From contig NC_045697.1 in NCBI RefSeq assembly GCF_009834535.1, forward strand, positions 29,948,001-30,012,000: a DNA stretch of 64,000 nucleotides, read 5' to 3'. Source of the DNA: Camelus ferus. Taxonomy: Eukaryota. Below the pieces are notes generated by a model, which was not told where the DNA came from, did not search any database, and saw nothing but the letters and a program-made list of their open reading frames with translations. The position numbers were made by a program, and so were the translations under genes. Below, one piece after another: positions 25,507 to 38,738 of this stretch (positions within the stretch are counted from its first letter, which is position 1; each line of letters opens with the position of its first letter).

Positions 25507-27394
25507 GTGAGTATCTAGAATTGAGATTTATCTTCCAATATTCCTTTGCTCTAACTTAAGGGTCATGACAGTGCCATTTATTACAGTTCTCTCCTGCAGT
25601 ATATATTCCACTTCAATGAGAATGCATTGAAGCCATTAAACTCAGAGGTCACTTAAAAATGAAAGATTGCAGTTATGCCGAAATGGCATCTTAATCTTTG
25701 TATTTTTCCCATGAGCGAAAAGGACGTTCATTCTTAAAGAGGTAAATTTGTTTCGGAGTGAGAGGCTGATAATTAGGTTGACCCCAAGGAAGGAATGTGA
25801 TTGTAATTATGGTTTTCTCATTTCATTTCTTCACTGCATTCTCCTGGAATGAAGGGCGGAGGACGTAGGGAGAAAGAGAATTTCACGATTAACAGCAGCA
25901 CTTTCGTGATAAATTGCTGTTTTCAATCTTAAAAATGTACTTGCACTTAAATACCACATTCGTAGACCGACTTTCTAAAGACTTGATGGGCATGAGGTGA
26001 TTCTGATGTCGTCTGGAGTTATTTAAGCAAAGCCATGGTTCTTCTGAACGTACTCATCGAAAAACCATTAAAACTCGTATGTTCACATGTGGGATTTTTT
26101 TTTCCCTGCATTACTATGTTTCATAATTCTTGGTGACTTATTTTAATTGCTTACCTTTTGGTGTTACCTTTTGGTAATAAGAAAAAGGTGGAAGATCAAA
26201 AAAAAAAAAAAAAAACCAAACAAATCATAGTTCTAGAAGGAACATGGTGCATGCACTTGGGCTCATACACATGCACAGACACACGTGTGCACAGAGAGCT
26301 GAGGACGCTATGGCCGAGTAACAACTCCCTGAGTGTCCCACGGTGACTGCCTGCTGAGCACGTGGTCTTGCAGGAAATGGTTAGAAAAATGCCAAGAATT
26401 TAGGCAGGCTCCTGCACAGACCTTGATGATTTGTTGTTAAAAAGTTTCTTAGCTGTATCATGGTGATTAATTGAAATTAGATGTAACAACAACAAAAAAA
26501 TTGCATTTGAGAACTGTGGGGGTCATGGTAATTAGGTAGGTACATGGTTTCAGCAAGTTGAATGAAATGGATTTTTTTAAATTGTAAGAATTGCTATTTC
26601 TGTGGATGCGTTTTTGTTTCCCATCCTGGTTAGTAGTGTGTTGGTGATTAGTCATTAAAATACTTTCCAATTTCATTTGTCAGAATCACGTAGCTAAGTC
26701 AGTAAATAGATAGATAGATAGGTATTTAAATTTGAAAGGAATGGATTTGAATAATTTTATTAAAAATGTATGTATTATATTACAGATTACATATATGAAT
26801 GTGTACATATATTAGTTATTTTAAAGCTTTTTGTTAAATCCATCTTTTCCAAATGTTAAGACGATGGCTTTAATGATGCTGACAGGTATCTGTTTGGCCC
26901 CCGAGCCTGTGGCATCTCCAGACCTTGGAGGTCTAGGGTTTAATGTTACAGGAGCCAAACCTGTAGCATGAAGTCAAGGAAGGCTCCAGGGAAATCCACA
27001 TGAACAGAAGCAGGCAACTCTTGGCCAGAAGCTAAGGAGAAAAGGGGTTTTGAAACATTAATTTAAAATGTGAATCATAAGTAATTTTAGCAAAATTAAG
27101 GGTTTGAGGCACATTCATTGGTCTTTATATTGGTTTCTAATGGCAGGTCGAGTGTTGTTCTCTACCTGTTGCCTCTGCTTTGGAGCACGCAGGCAGTTTG
27201 ATTAAAGAAAACCAGAGGCCTCTGTTACTTTACTCCCATTTATATCCTTGACTTTTCTTCCTCTTCTTCCTTTTTCATTTGAATTTCCTTTCCAATTTGT
27301 CCTTTCCATCATTTTTTCCTTTTTCTTGCTCTTTTCCAATGAATACTTCCCCACTTACCCCCATCCTATATCATATATGTTTTCTTTACTGATT

Positions 27395-28235
27395 TGTTAT
27401 TGTGATTTACGATAAGCAGTACGTATTTGGTCTTTGTTTCTGGCACAGAGCGCCTAAAACCCTTGGAATTTCCTAAGCACTAAGAGCAGTGGGAGCAACT
27501 TTTGTTATAATGCTTGGTCTTTTGTCATCAGTTTCTGAAATAGTTCCAGTTGCATAAAGGTGAAGGAGTATCTTGTTGTTTACAACAAACTCCTTTCAGC
27601 CACACCTGAATAAGGTAACTTTTGGAGAGCCCCAAGGATGGGGGCTGGTTGCCAGGGGAACCAACCTCATGATTAGAGAGTTGGAACTTTCAGTCCCACT
27701 CCACTGACCTCTGGGGAGAGGGGAGGGGCTGGAGGTTGAACCAATCCCCAATGGCCAATGATTTAATCAACCACGTTACATAATGAAGCCTCCACAAAAC
27801 CCCAAAAGGACATGGTTTGGAGAGCTTTTGGGTTGGTGAACACCACATGGAGATTCCAGGAGAGTGGTGCACCCAGAGAGCATGGAAGCTCTTTCCCACA
27901 TACCTTGCCCTGTGTACTTTTTCATCCTGCTGCACTCTGTATCCTTTACAATATTCTTTATTGTAGTTATAAACTAGTTAAGCATAAGTAACTGTGTCTC
28001 TGTTGCAGAAGCCACTCTAGCCAATTAATCAAGCTCAAGGAGGGGTTCTTGGGAACCTCTGATTTATAGCCAGTTGGTCTGAAACACAGCTGACAACCTG
28101 GACTTGACTCTGGTATCTGAGGTGGGGGCAGTCTTAATGGGCTGAGCCCTTAACCTTGGTGATCTCACACTGTCTCGAGGTAAATAGTGTCAGCATTGAG
28201 TTAACTGCTGGGTGGTGTTGAAAAACCACACAACA
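27395..28235 (+). mobile_element. MER21-family LTR
   Basis: tggcacagagcgcctaaaacccttggaatttcct...ggggctggttgccaggggaaccaacc...gccaatgatttaatcaa are MER21B/C hallmarks. Confidence 0.8.
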
Positions 28236-29249
28236 GAGTTCTTTTCGGTTAAAAAAAAATTAAGTATAGTTTCTTATTGCCCATACACTCATGATTCCTC
28301 AATCTACTAATCTGGTCAAACTCTTTTTTTCTCTCTTCCAATTACCTTCAGATCAGCATTTCCAAAAACCAGTGCACGAGGCAGTGTCTCAGCAAGAAAC
28401 AGAACTGCCACCCTCCTCTCCCCTCCTCCATCCTGTTACCATTCTTCCAGAGCACGCCTCAGACCTATTGTCTGCTTCCTTTCACTACTCATGTTCTTGC
28501 CAGTCTTCATGACTTTCCATCTTCATAGCATTGACCCAGAGCATCATTTCTCACCAGGTTTTTTTCCTCGTGAACTCCAGGCCTCTTGTTCTGCTTATTG
28601 GACAGCTCCACCTGGATGTCCTACCAGTGCCTCAAGCATAGCGTATTCAGTTTAGACTTAAATGACCACACCCGCCCACCCATGTCAGCAAAGGCTTCAT
28701 AAACATGCAGTTGCCCTAGCTGAGCTATCAGAGAATTTGGCAAGTTTCTTCAGTCTGTCTGCTTGTCTGCATTTCCTTTGGCCACTAGACAAGGCCTCGA
28801 GCAAGCCTTTCTCATCTCTTGCCTGGATTATTACAGTCAACTCATAGTGCCTCAAATGTTATTCACTCTCACATATAAAGCCTTTTCCCGTGACACTTTT
28901 TATGAATATAATACTCTCTCCTTGCTCTTCTTAACAAAATCCTATTTACTTATCAAGACCCAATGCAAAAATCACTTCCTTTGTGAAGCCTTTAGTGTTT
29001 ATAGTCCATGTGATCTTTTATTATAGAATACAGTTAGCATCTCCTGGTTTATGAGAAAATGACAATATATTAGAGACATAAAAGACAGATGCATTGAAGT
29101 ATGCTTTAGGGATTGAGGTTTTTGAATAACTACTGTTAACAGCTTGAAATTGAAAGTGTGTAAACGATGTGGTATTCATATCAAAGCATTGTAGCTTTAG
29201 GCAGTTAATTGGCCATGCTCAAACTTACCAATACCTACAATGGGTGCAG

Positions 29250-29950
29250 TGATGTAAGGTGTCCTAGTGATGCACTAAGCAGTCAGTCACAGCATCACCT
29301 TGATGGAGTGTCTGCTAAAATATTTCACCTAAATCCAATTCTGGGGAAGCAATCAGACAAGTCCAAATGAGGGACATTCCATAAGACAGCTGGACCACAT
29401 TCCTTAACATTGTCAGTGTCATTAAGGACACCTGACACCCCCTACAATTGCTGCAGATGAAAGGTGGCTGAGGACATAGGACAGCCAAGTGCCACGTGTG
29501 ATCCTTGGTTGAGAAAAAGCAACAATAATAGACATTATTGGGACAATTGGGGAAACTTGAGTGTGTTTTGAATATTAGATAATAGTATCCTCTCAGCGTT
29601 GAATTTCTTTCCTGTGTGAGAACTGTCTTGTCCAAGCTAGTGGTGGATATAGGGGAATACTCGATGTTAAGAGCTATGTAAGCTGGAGTCTTTAGACATG
29701 AAGTGTTGCAACATGTACAACTAATCCTCAAATTGTTCAGCAAAAAGTCTGTGCGTATATTGTATAATTTTATATACACATTCACACGGAAAGATGGAGG
29801 GAGGGAGGGAAGGAGAGAGAGAGGAAGGAAGAGAGGGAGAGAAATGTGGCAGAATTTTGGATCTAGATAATGGGTATGTAGTCGTCATGGTGCTGTTCTT
29901 GCAACTTTTTGGTAGACTTGAAAATCTATAATATAAAACATTAGGGATTA
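29250..29950 (+). mobile_element. L1MC-type 3' UTR fragment
   Basis: aatcagacaagtccaaatgagggacattcc...gacattattgggacaattgggga...cttgcaactttt. Confidence 0.75.
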
Positions 29951-32119
29951 AAAGACATTAAGTCTCAGATCTTTTTTGAGGAGGGAGGAGGGACTTCAAA
30001 TACGCAGTAAATTTGAAGGCGGCAGAGACAATCCTAGATGGGTAGAGATGCAGCCTTTCATGTGACATGTTGATTACACTCAGAAAAGAGCAGACAGCAT
30101 TCCTCAAGTGCACCTACAGACTTTTGGATTGGTTTGTGCTTTGTCAGGGGGTTGACAGGTCCCCTACCATCTCTTGATCCAGCAGCCATCAGTAGCAGGG
30201 GCCACGGAGATCTAAGAGGGTTTTGCATGCCTGGAACCCGTGTGTCTTAATGGCCTGGTGTTGAGAAGAATCCATTAAGATGGCCCAGCTGCTTGACTTG
30301 AAGATAAATAGAAAAGTGTGTTTTCACACAGCAATCCCAAATTATAAACACGTGTAGATTTACAAAGGTATGAATAGGTGTATTTTAGCCCCTGAGTTGA
30401 GCTGTGGTTACAGAGAATTCAGGGGTGAAGGTGTTAAAACAAAGTAGTTGAAAATCATTTCCTGGCAAGAATGCAGAGACCCTGGATCTGGGTCTGCGTT
30501 TCCTCCGTAGCGATTGCTGACATACGCGGCCGTGTGGTGACTGCCTGCAGATGCCTGCATTCTTGTTTAGGTGTTAGTGTTACTGTTTGCCGTTGCCAGA
30601 GAGAAAGACCTCAAATTTAGGTCTTGGCGTACCAATGACTTTTAAAAACGCTGCCCTTTTTTTTGGCCATTTCGACAGTATTGCACAATTAAGCCACATC
30701 CTGAAACTCAATTTAATGGTTGTTAGAGATCATGCTAAACTCTGTTTCAGCCCAGAAAGATTAGACTTTGTGCAAGAGACACAAGTGTATGAAATCTTTG
30801 CTTGCACTATGAATTTGGAGATTAAGCCTTTTCTTGCTCAGGTTTTCATTGTAGTAGCTGTTGTGTGTCTGTGTGTGTGTGCACGTGTGAAGTACAATTA
30901 GAAATAGGAATTTGGGGATTCTGCTTTCGGGTGCTGAACCTTCCTAGAGCTGTCATGAAATATTTGCTTAATCTTGCATGTGAATCTGTGAGGATGAAAG
31001 GAATCTGAGAAAAAAAGAATTTTACAGCTGGAAGGGCATCTTAGATATATTTGCTTTACAGATGAGGACACATGGGTCCATCAAGGGGAAGATAACGCAA
31101 ATAGTAAAAGCTGAGATGGATTCAAAGCCGAGGCCGCCTTTCTTCTAGGCTGTATTACTCACGTGTTCCCAGTTGAAAATGGAATACATGTAAATGACAA
31201 TTATTTTACTTTTTCTGAGAAAGAGGGGAAAGCAAAGACATTTTTTCAGTTCATCTTTTTTTTTTTTTTTTTTTTTTTTTGATTCCTTTTGGCCAATACC
31301 TTCAAAACATCTTTCCAAGCTCTGTGAAAGGACTCCCTTCGCGGAACGTCTCTTCTCCTGATGGAGGCTGAAGTTTGATGCTAACTGAAGTTGAGCAGGG
31401 AACAGCAGGAATGTAACCGGTAGATTTATCCTACCGCTTAGTTATGCTAACCCATTCAAAAACTGATTCTTTGGAAAAAGAGATGTATTCTTTAATCAAA
31501 GGGTAAGACTTCAAATAGGCTTAGAGCTGAGCTTTCTGAAATGGATTAAAAAAATGTAAGTTTCCATAAACTCTGTGGGCCTTAGGAAGCTTTCAAAAAG
31601 TATCTGCTTTATTTTATGAAACTGATACCTGGATGGTTGATGTTTCATTGTTTGAGGGAAGTCAGAGGAGGAGAGATGATGAAAAGGCAGGAGGGTTGTC
31701 CATGGTATAAGAAGATTAAAAGTACTGCTTTGGACAAAGGTAGACATGAAGCTTTTGAAAACTGAGTAGTAGGAGTGAAAAGCCTTTCCAGAAGCTCTGT
31801 AATTTTCGGAAGACAACAACGCAATAAATTTGAGTCCCAGGTGTTCTAGGTGTCTACCTGCCAAGAAGGGGTTTCCTGCAAATCCTCCCTGGAGAGACGC
31901 TCTTGTCTGTCTCAGCTCATCCTTATCAATGTCTTTTATTTTAGGTTTGTATTTTACAACTTCATTTAGAAATTCTAGAGCATTTACCTTCCTTCAACAG
32001 GTTCCCTCAGAAACGCTGGTCAGAGTTCTGTTCTCTGCCTGTGTTTCTCTTTCAGTTAAAATGATTGTTTCAGGCCAGGAGGAGGGAGAGCAGGCAAAGA
32101 GGGAGGCCAAAGGTATAAG

Positions 32120-32350
32120 TCACCATCATGACAACCATCGTGTATTAAGTACCTGCCGTGTAACAGTGCGGTGCTAAATTATCCTTCTCAGTCTTTGTAA
32201 TTGCCCTGCAACGTGGTGATTGCTGCGCCTTTACTATATCTCGGGAAACAAAGGTGCAAAGAAGTAAGTTACCAGCTTTTTAACAAATAAGAGGCAAAAT
32301 GGAGAGTTGGACCCCGATTTGCCCAAACCCAGATGCTGTGCCTTTTCTGC
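32120..32350 (-). mobile_element. MIR SINE (degenerate)
   Basis: gtattaagtacctgccgtgt...gggaaacaaaggtgcaaagaagtaagt. Confidence 0.55.
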
Positions 32351-34055
32351 TGTGTTCCACTATCTCCATTACGCCTTCCAGTGCATCCTTGGACCGCAGC
32401 ACTCCGAAACATCTGTCTGGCAGCATCAGCCTCTAAGGAGATCTTGTATGTTTTTGGAAGACAGCCTCTCATCCTTCTCATTTAAGGTCTATTAATTTCA
32501 CCAAGTTGAGGCAGTGGCCTGTTTTAAAAGGCACTGTAAATGTAATCTTTCTCCTATCACCCCTATAAAATCAGTCTCCATGTGACCACACCTCAAATAT
32601 CACAGTCAATGAAGAACCAGCACAGGAATTGAGAATAGGGGAACACCAGGCATCTTTACGAAAGTCTTTCCCCAAAAGATGATAGAGCGGTTCCCTTCAT
32701 AACATGCAGTGGAACTTCCTAAAACGCCCTCCTCCCTCTCTCTCTTCTCTGTCTTTCTGTCTTCACACACACACACACCCCTTGGACTTGTTAGCTCCCC
32801 CGCAAATCTCTTCCCACCCCAACTACCTAAAATCGCCCAGACTCACCCTGTACTAGCTCTTGTCTCTCTCGCTTCTTACCCCTTCCTCTGCCACTGCCAC
32901 TAAGCCTCAGCCTTTTCAGGGGCAAATCAACACAGCTAGACTTAGCTCCTTTCAGTGCCTCCCCAGAGTCGTGGTTCTGATTCTGGACAACAAAGACTCG
33001 GGAAGAGGCAGACACAGAACTCTCCTTCCCAGGCAGGAGAAGAGGGGAGGCTTGGAACACGCCCACCCAGCGTATTTCCCCATCACACTCTGCTCTTTGT
33101 GGTCATTGCTTGGTGCGATCAGTGGTCTTGCTCTGCTTCGGGGGACAAGTGGAAACTAGTAGCTGAGCGATGTTCTGTGTGAAGGAGGTACATTTCACTG
33201 AGGGAAATGAATAGACCTGGTGAAGAATCTCAGCCACACTTGAACTGAGTGACACACGTTCCTTTATTGTCAGCCCTGGTGCGGTGAGAGAAACCTCGCT
33301 TGTGTTTCTGCACCACAGACAGCAGGAATGCTCAATTTGAAGCTCTCCAGTTTGGTGCCAAAACCAAGCCGAAGTGGGGATGGTGGTTAGCATGGTAGTA
33401 GGTTTAGACATGAAAGAACATTGACTGGAGGGAAAAGCAACAACAGAATGCATGAGGTCGTTGGTCCTCGCAGTCCTGTGTTTAGTTGAATGACAGGCTA
33501 TGAACCTAGGGGGTGCTGAGATCGTTCGATGCCTCCAAGGTCAACATGGCTTGTGTGCTGCTAATTGTAACAGCTTCCACAGGTACCTTCTAAAGTACAG
33601 GTTGTCTCAGGTCCCTTGTTTCCTCACTAACCTTACCTGGCTGCCCACTGCATATAGGAATAAAACCGAAACACCTCAGAAAGGCATTTTAGGCTTCTCC
33701 TGGGCTAAGGGAACATCCTAGGTGTATCTCCCACTGCACATATCACTTGTAGAACCGGGACTACAGTTAATTTATGACCTAAATCAAGAGACTTAGCGCA
33801 CAATGAATACAAAAATAAAAGTATGTCAGTGAGTGAGACCCATCACCCACAGTGAGTTACACCAGGGTAAAGGGTGATGCTGATTGCCACTGAAACAGGC
33901 TGGCTTCTGGTTATCTACTGATTGTTTGGATCAGACCAATAAGTTAGTCCCCTTGTCCATCCTTTTTGAGGACTTGGGAAAGCCCTATAAAAGTTTTTGT
34001 CCTTTCCATTCATCCTGTGTTTATTATCTGCCTTCTGCTTTTCTTATTTAGTGAG

Positions 34056-34595
34056 TGTATTAGTTATCCATTGCTGTGTAACAAATTACCCCAAAATTTA
34101 GTGGCTTAAAACAATGTTTACTATCCCAGAGTTCCTGTGGGTCAAGAATCTCGGCTTAGTTGGGTTCCTGATTCAGGATCTCTCATAAGGCTGCTGTCAA
34201 GGTATTGGCCAGTCATTTAAAGACTTGACTAAGGAAGGATCTGGTTCTATGTTCACTCAGGTGGACAGTGGCGGGATTCAGTTCTCTGCAGGATGTTGGC
34301 CAAAGCCACTCTCAGTTCTTTGCCATGTGGGCCTGTTCGCATAGAACAGCTCACAGTGGAGCAGCTTGCTTCATGAGAGTGAGCAAGCAGGAATAACCAG
34401 AAAGAGAGGAGGGAGGGAGAACATCACAATCCTTTGTAACCTAGCCTCAGAAGTGACATTTCATCTCTTCTGCAATATTCTGTTAATCAAAGCAAGTCAC
34501 TAGGTCTAACCCACACTGAAGGGGAGGAGATTACACAAGGACCTGTGTACAGGAGGAAGGGATCACTGGGAGCTGTTAAGAAGCTGCCTACCACA
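34056..34595 (-). mobile_element. MaLR solo LTR (MLT1F-like, 540 bp)
   Basis: TGTATTAGTTATCCATTGCTGTGTAACAAATTACCCCAAAA...GCTGCCTACCACA; TSD gtgag/gtgaa (4/5). Confidence 0.85.
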
Positions 34596-34799
34596 GTGAA
34601 TGAAAAGATTGTCTTAATCTACTGAGAAAGCAGGGCATAGATTTCTAATTCTTCTGCAAATTTGTCCCCTGTGTTTATAGTACTTTAAAGATAGCACAGT
34701 TTTTCCTTGGATGACGTCTGAGGTCTGTTTCCCAGTTTTCTTCTGGACCTATACACTCAAAAAAGATGATATGTTCTCTCTTGCCTTCCAAGTGAAAAT

Positions 34800-35800
34800 C
34801 CACTTATGACTCAAGATATAATTCCTGCCTTTCAGAGGATGACCTTCTAGGAGACAAGTGTACCAATAAAGTCTAATAAAGGTAGACTGTGAAATGTTAA
34901 TGAAATATAATATGCAAGGAAGAACAAGGAAAAAGTTTCTGTTTGAGAGTAAACTTTGGAAGACCTGGGGTCTGAACATGCATCTACAATTAGTGAAGAC
35001 CACTGGGGTTGGGGAAGGACATTCTAGCCTCAGGGCATGGAACAAGAAAGGCTCTGAACCACAAAACCTGGGTCTTGTCCAGGAGTGGCTGTTTTTTGTA
35101 GGTGGCGGAGCCCAGGGTCCCTAAGAGAATTCAGTGCTGTGAAAAGTGAACGAGAAAGAGTAAGCTGAGACTGGAAATGCCATCTGGAGGTGTTTGGACT
35201 CATTTCATATGCAGTAAGAGCCACTGAAAACAGAGGAATCTTATGTTCCAGATAACTCTGGCGGCTGTATGGAAAATGGATTATGGGAAGAGACCATACA
35301 AAAGCCAATTAGGAGACAAGTAGTCCAAATGAGAGATGATGTCTGCTACTAAACCTTGGTAGAAGCAGTGACAGTGGAGGTGAGGAGACAGGATTTATGT
35401 TTCTATGCTTTTCACTGAAAGTAATATGCCGTCAATTACAAGACACACCATTTTTTAAAGTATAATTTTTAAAAAGCCATCAACTAAATTATGACACAGT
35501 GCACAATATACCAGCCATGGAAAGATACATCTTTATTTTAGAGATTAAAAAAATGTACACCTTCCTTGGAATTGATGAAATATGATAAATAATCTTAGGA
35601 AGATGACATCTACATTTTGGATTTGAGCAACTTGGCGAATAGTGATGCCATTAATAGGAATCATGGGAGCAGGGGATGAGAACTGGGTTCCAAGAGAAAA
35701 GATGAGTTCTCTTTTGGACATATTGAGTTGGCTACCTTTAAGAGATATTCATGTGCAGATGTCTGGCAGACAATTGGAAAATGTTGGTTTGAAATTCATG
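34800..35800 (-). mobile_element. Degenerate L2 fragments
   Basis: ctctggcggctgtatggaaaatggatt, gtagtccaaatgagagatgat and gagttctcttttggacatattgagtt. Confidence 0.6.
35403..35585. mobile_element. MER96B-like DNA transposon remnant inside the L2
   Basis: atgccgtcaattacaagacacaccatt...ggaattgatgaaatatg resembles MER96B as I recall it. Confidence 0.5.
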
Positions 35801-36173
35801 GAAAAAGTTATTAAAAATTGGACTAGGTTAATGAGTAGCTTATTTTAAAGTTAAATCCTTACGCTCAAGAATATATGAAGACAAATTAGTTCTTTTTCTA
35901 TAAACACAAACTTTGAAGCTTTTTCTCTGACAGATTGTAGTCTGATCTTTGGAGTGTTTGACTTTCACTGGCAGAGACTAGGGAGTGAGGAAAGGAGTTT
36001 GAGACCACAGGAGGAGTCATGAGCAATTGCACTCAGGTATGACAATCATGACAAGATAGTGACTTAGAACGATCTTCATGTAATTGACAATTTGTTAAGA
36101 TATAATACCCAACCAATCTCATACGCTCTAGTCTCTTAGACCCCTGGAGTCTTCACTCTTAGTACTAGGTAAG

Positions 36174-36566
36174 CATGTTCATTTGCTAGGGCTGCCATGA
36201 CCAAGTATCACAGACTAGGTATCCTAAGTGATAGAAAGTTTCTTCTAATTCTGGAGGCTTGGGGTCTGAGATCGAGGTATGGGCAGGGTTGGTTTATTCT
36301 GAGGTCTCTGTCCTTGGCTTGTGGATGGCTGTCTTCTCACTGGGTCTTCACATGGTCTTCCCTCTGCGTGTGTGTTTCCTGATTACCTCTTCTTATAAGG
36401 ACACAAATCATACTGGACCAGGGCCCACTATAAATGACCCCATTTAACATAATCACTTCTTTAAAGACCGTATTTACAAATACAGCCACATTTCTGAGAT
36501 AATGGGGGTTCTGACTTCCACATGTGAATTTGGAGGTGGGAGGGGTACACAATTCAGCCCATAACA
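36174..36566 (-). mobile_element. MaLR solo LTR (MLT1B-like)
   Basis: tttgctagggctgccatgacc...tcttcttataaggacac...cacaattcagcccataaca; about 390 bp. Confidence 0.85.
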
Positions 36567-37408
36567 GTGGGTAAGCCAGATTAGTACTTAAATTCTTATT
36601 CATATGTGCTGTGAATGCCTAGACTTGCTAGCTAAAGTCTAATATCCTCTTTGTGCACCACAAATTATTTTTCCAAGGTTGTTTCCATAATTACTGTGTG
36701 TCTCTGCAGAGGTGGAGGGTTATATATAGCAGTGCTAAAAAACTTTTTTTTCTAGGTTTTTCTACCCACTTCCTGTCCCTGAGGGAAAAAAAATACCATT
36801 CTTTGAAGAAAGAAACCACTTGTTCTCCCTTATCTTTCATTGAACAGCATTTAGCAGAGTTTGTGACATGACATGAGTTCCTCACTTTTTCCCCCTTAGG
36901 AACAGACCTTCAATTAGGAACTGTGAGGAAAAAATACATAATAGCAGGAAATACATATTTCAGCCTAAGTCTTGCTTCTTTTTTTCATAGTCATAGCTTG
37001 CCTAAAGAAGGAATTTCTGTGGATCTAATTTTTAGCCTGTACTCCAAACCCAGGTTTGTAGGGATTCTGTGGTTTGACAACAGGGAAAAGAAAAAAAAAA
37101 AAAAAAAAAAAAAACTTCACCAAATGTCTGGATGTATTGTTTGAAAGAGTGAGATCATGCTAGGTTGAAACAACTTCTCTTAAAATGTGCCATCATCTGA
37201 GATTATTTTGTAGGAAATTTGTCTTGGCAAGCCTTGCAAAAGAACTTGCTAGACACCTCTTTTGTAATTAGCTGGCTTCCTGCTAGATCTTAGGTCTACC
37301 CTCATCTCAAAATGGACACAAAACTTAGTTTCTCTCTCTGGCATTCTCTCCACAGGATAAAAGACTGTATTTCTGAGTAAATAGTTTGGTATTTTATTTA
37401 TCTTTTCT

Positions 37409-37495
37409 TTTTTTTAAGTGGAGGTATTGGGGATTGAACCCAGGACCTCATGCATGCTAAGCATGTGCTCTACCACTGAGCTATTTCTCTCCCCC
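37409..37495 (-). mobile_element. Vic-1-type tRNA-derived SINE (short form)
   Basis: Minus strand GGGGGAGAGAAATAGCTCAGTGGTAGAGCACATGCTTAGCATGCATGAGGTCCTGGGTTCAATCCCCAATACCTCC has A and B boxes. TSD atttatcttttct (37396-37408) and atttgtcttttct (37497-37509). Confidence 0.9.
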
Positions 37496-37589
37496 AATTT
37501 GTCTTTTCTAAAAGTAACCTTATTCAGCTGGAAGTTTTGCTTTGACTTAAATATTTTCCTTAGATATAAAAAAGGATGACTGATAAGAT

Positions 37590-38030
37590 GTTATGGGAAT
37601 GGTGTCACCTCAGTGGTCCTCCTTGGCCCCAGTCTAACCAGGAGAAAAATAGCAGACAAACCCAAATTGAGGTGCAAGGTACCTGACCAGTACTTCTCAA
37701 AACAGGCAAGGTCATCAGAAACAAGGAAAGTCTGAGACATAAGCAAAGTCCAGAAGAAGCTAAAGCGATATGGTGACTATCATGTGATGTAGTATCCTGG
37801 ATGGATGTGGGAACAGAAAAAGTACATTAGGGAAAAACTAATCAAACCCAAACGAAACATGAAGTTTAGCTGGTGCAGATGTACCAATGGTTGTTCATTA
37901 GTTGTAATAAATGGTACTAACCACTGGCTCATAATATAAAATGCAGAATACAAGTTATGCTGGAACTCTCTGGACTGTCTTTGCAATTTTTCTGTCAATC
38001 TAAAAGCTATTTTAAAATAAAAAGTATCCT
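37590..38030 (+). mobile_element. L1MC/MD-type 3' UTR fragment
   Basis: cagacaaacccaaattgagg...ggaacagaaaaagtacattagggaaaaact...tgcaatttttctgtcaatctaaaagctattttaaaataaaaag. Confidence 0.8.
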
Positions 38031-38599
38031 TGAAAACCAAAATGATTGAAGATAAACATAAAACAGAACATAATGCAAGGATACTTTAAAATAGGCAAGG
38101 AAACACAGAAGTTATTAATAAACATTAAATGTCAGCCTACTGTTTGATGTATTGGTATCCATAAATGGCAGGATACCAGAGAGTCAGTGGGCATATCAAT
38201 CTAATAAACTTTTGTAAATGATGAATTGGTTGTAAACACTGTGTTTTATAGCATTCGAAAATTCCAAATGGTAAATCCACACACGAGGTTTCTGCTCACA
38301 TATTTCATGATCCCCGTTTTTAGAATCTGCACAAAGAAATATTTCATGTCCTTTAGGGAGGTTTAATAAAAAACAACAGGTGGGAAATGGGTTTTGCAGT
38401 AGCACGAACGACCATAACCATAAATACTGGTACCTCAGAATTATAGCAGTGGATGACTGTAAACACATTAATCACCCAACAGTGCAGAAATTCCATCCTC
38501 AGATGTCATCTCAATTTCAGGCACAAAGATTAAATGCTTCCATTTAAATTCAGAATACTGACTGGATACGATGATCCTTTATTTTCATGGGGAATCATG

Positions 38600-38738
38600 G
38601 AGTGAGGTCGCTAGTTTCCTCATCTATAAAATGGGGTTGATAAATCTCATCTCTGTATCGTGGGATTAAATGAGGTGGTATATGTAAAATGCCTAATATG
38701 TGGATGGTACATAGTCTGTTCAACAAATTGTAGCTTCC
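38600..38738 (+). mobile_element. MIR SINE
   Basis: agtttcctcatctataaaatgggg...gggattaaatgag. Confidence 0.75.

Noticed and set aside
37415..37495. tRNA gene
   Set aside because: It has A and B boxes but also an A tail, a TSD and a second diverged copy at about 1570-1636, so it is a SINE. No complete cloverleaf acceptor stem is evident.
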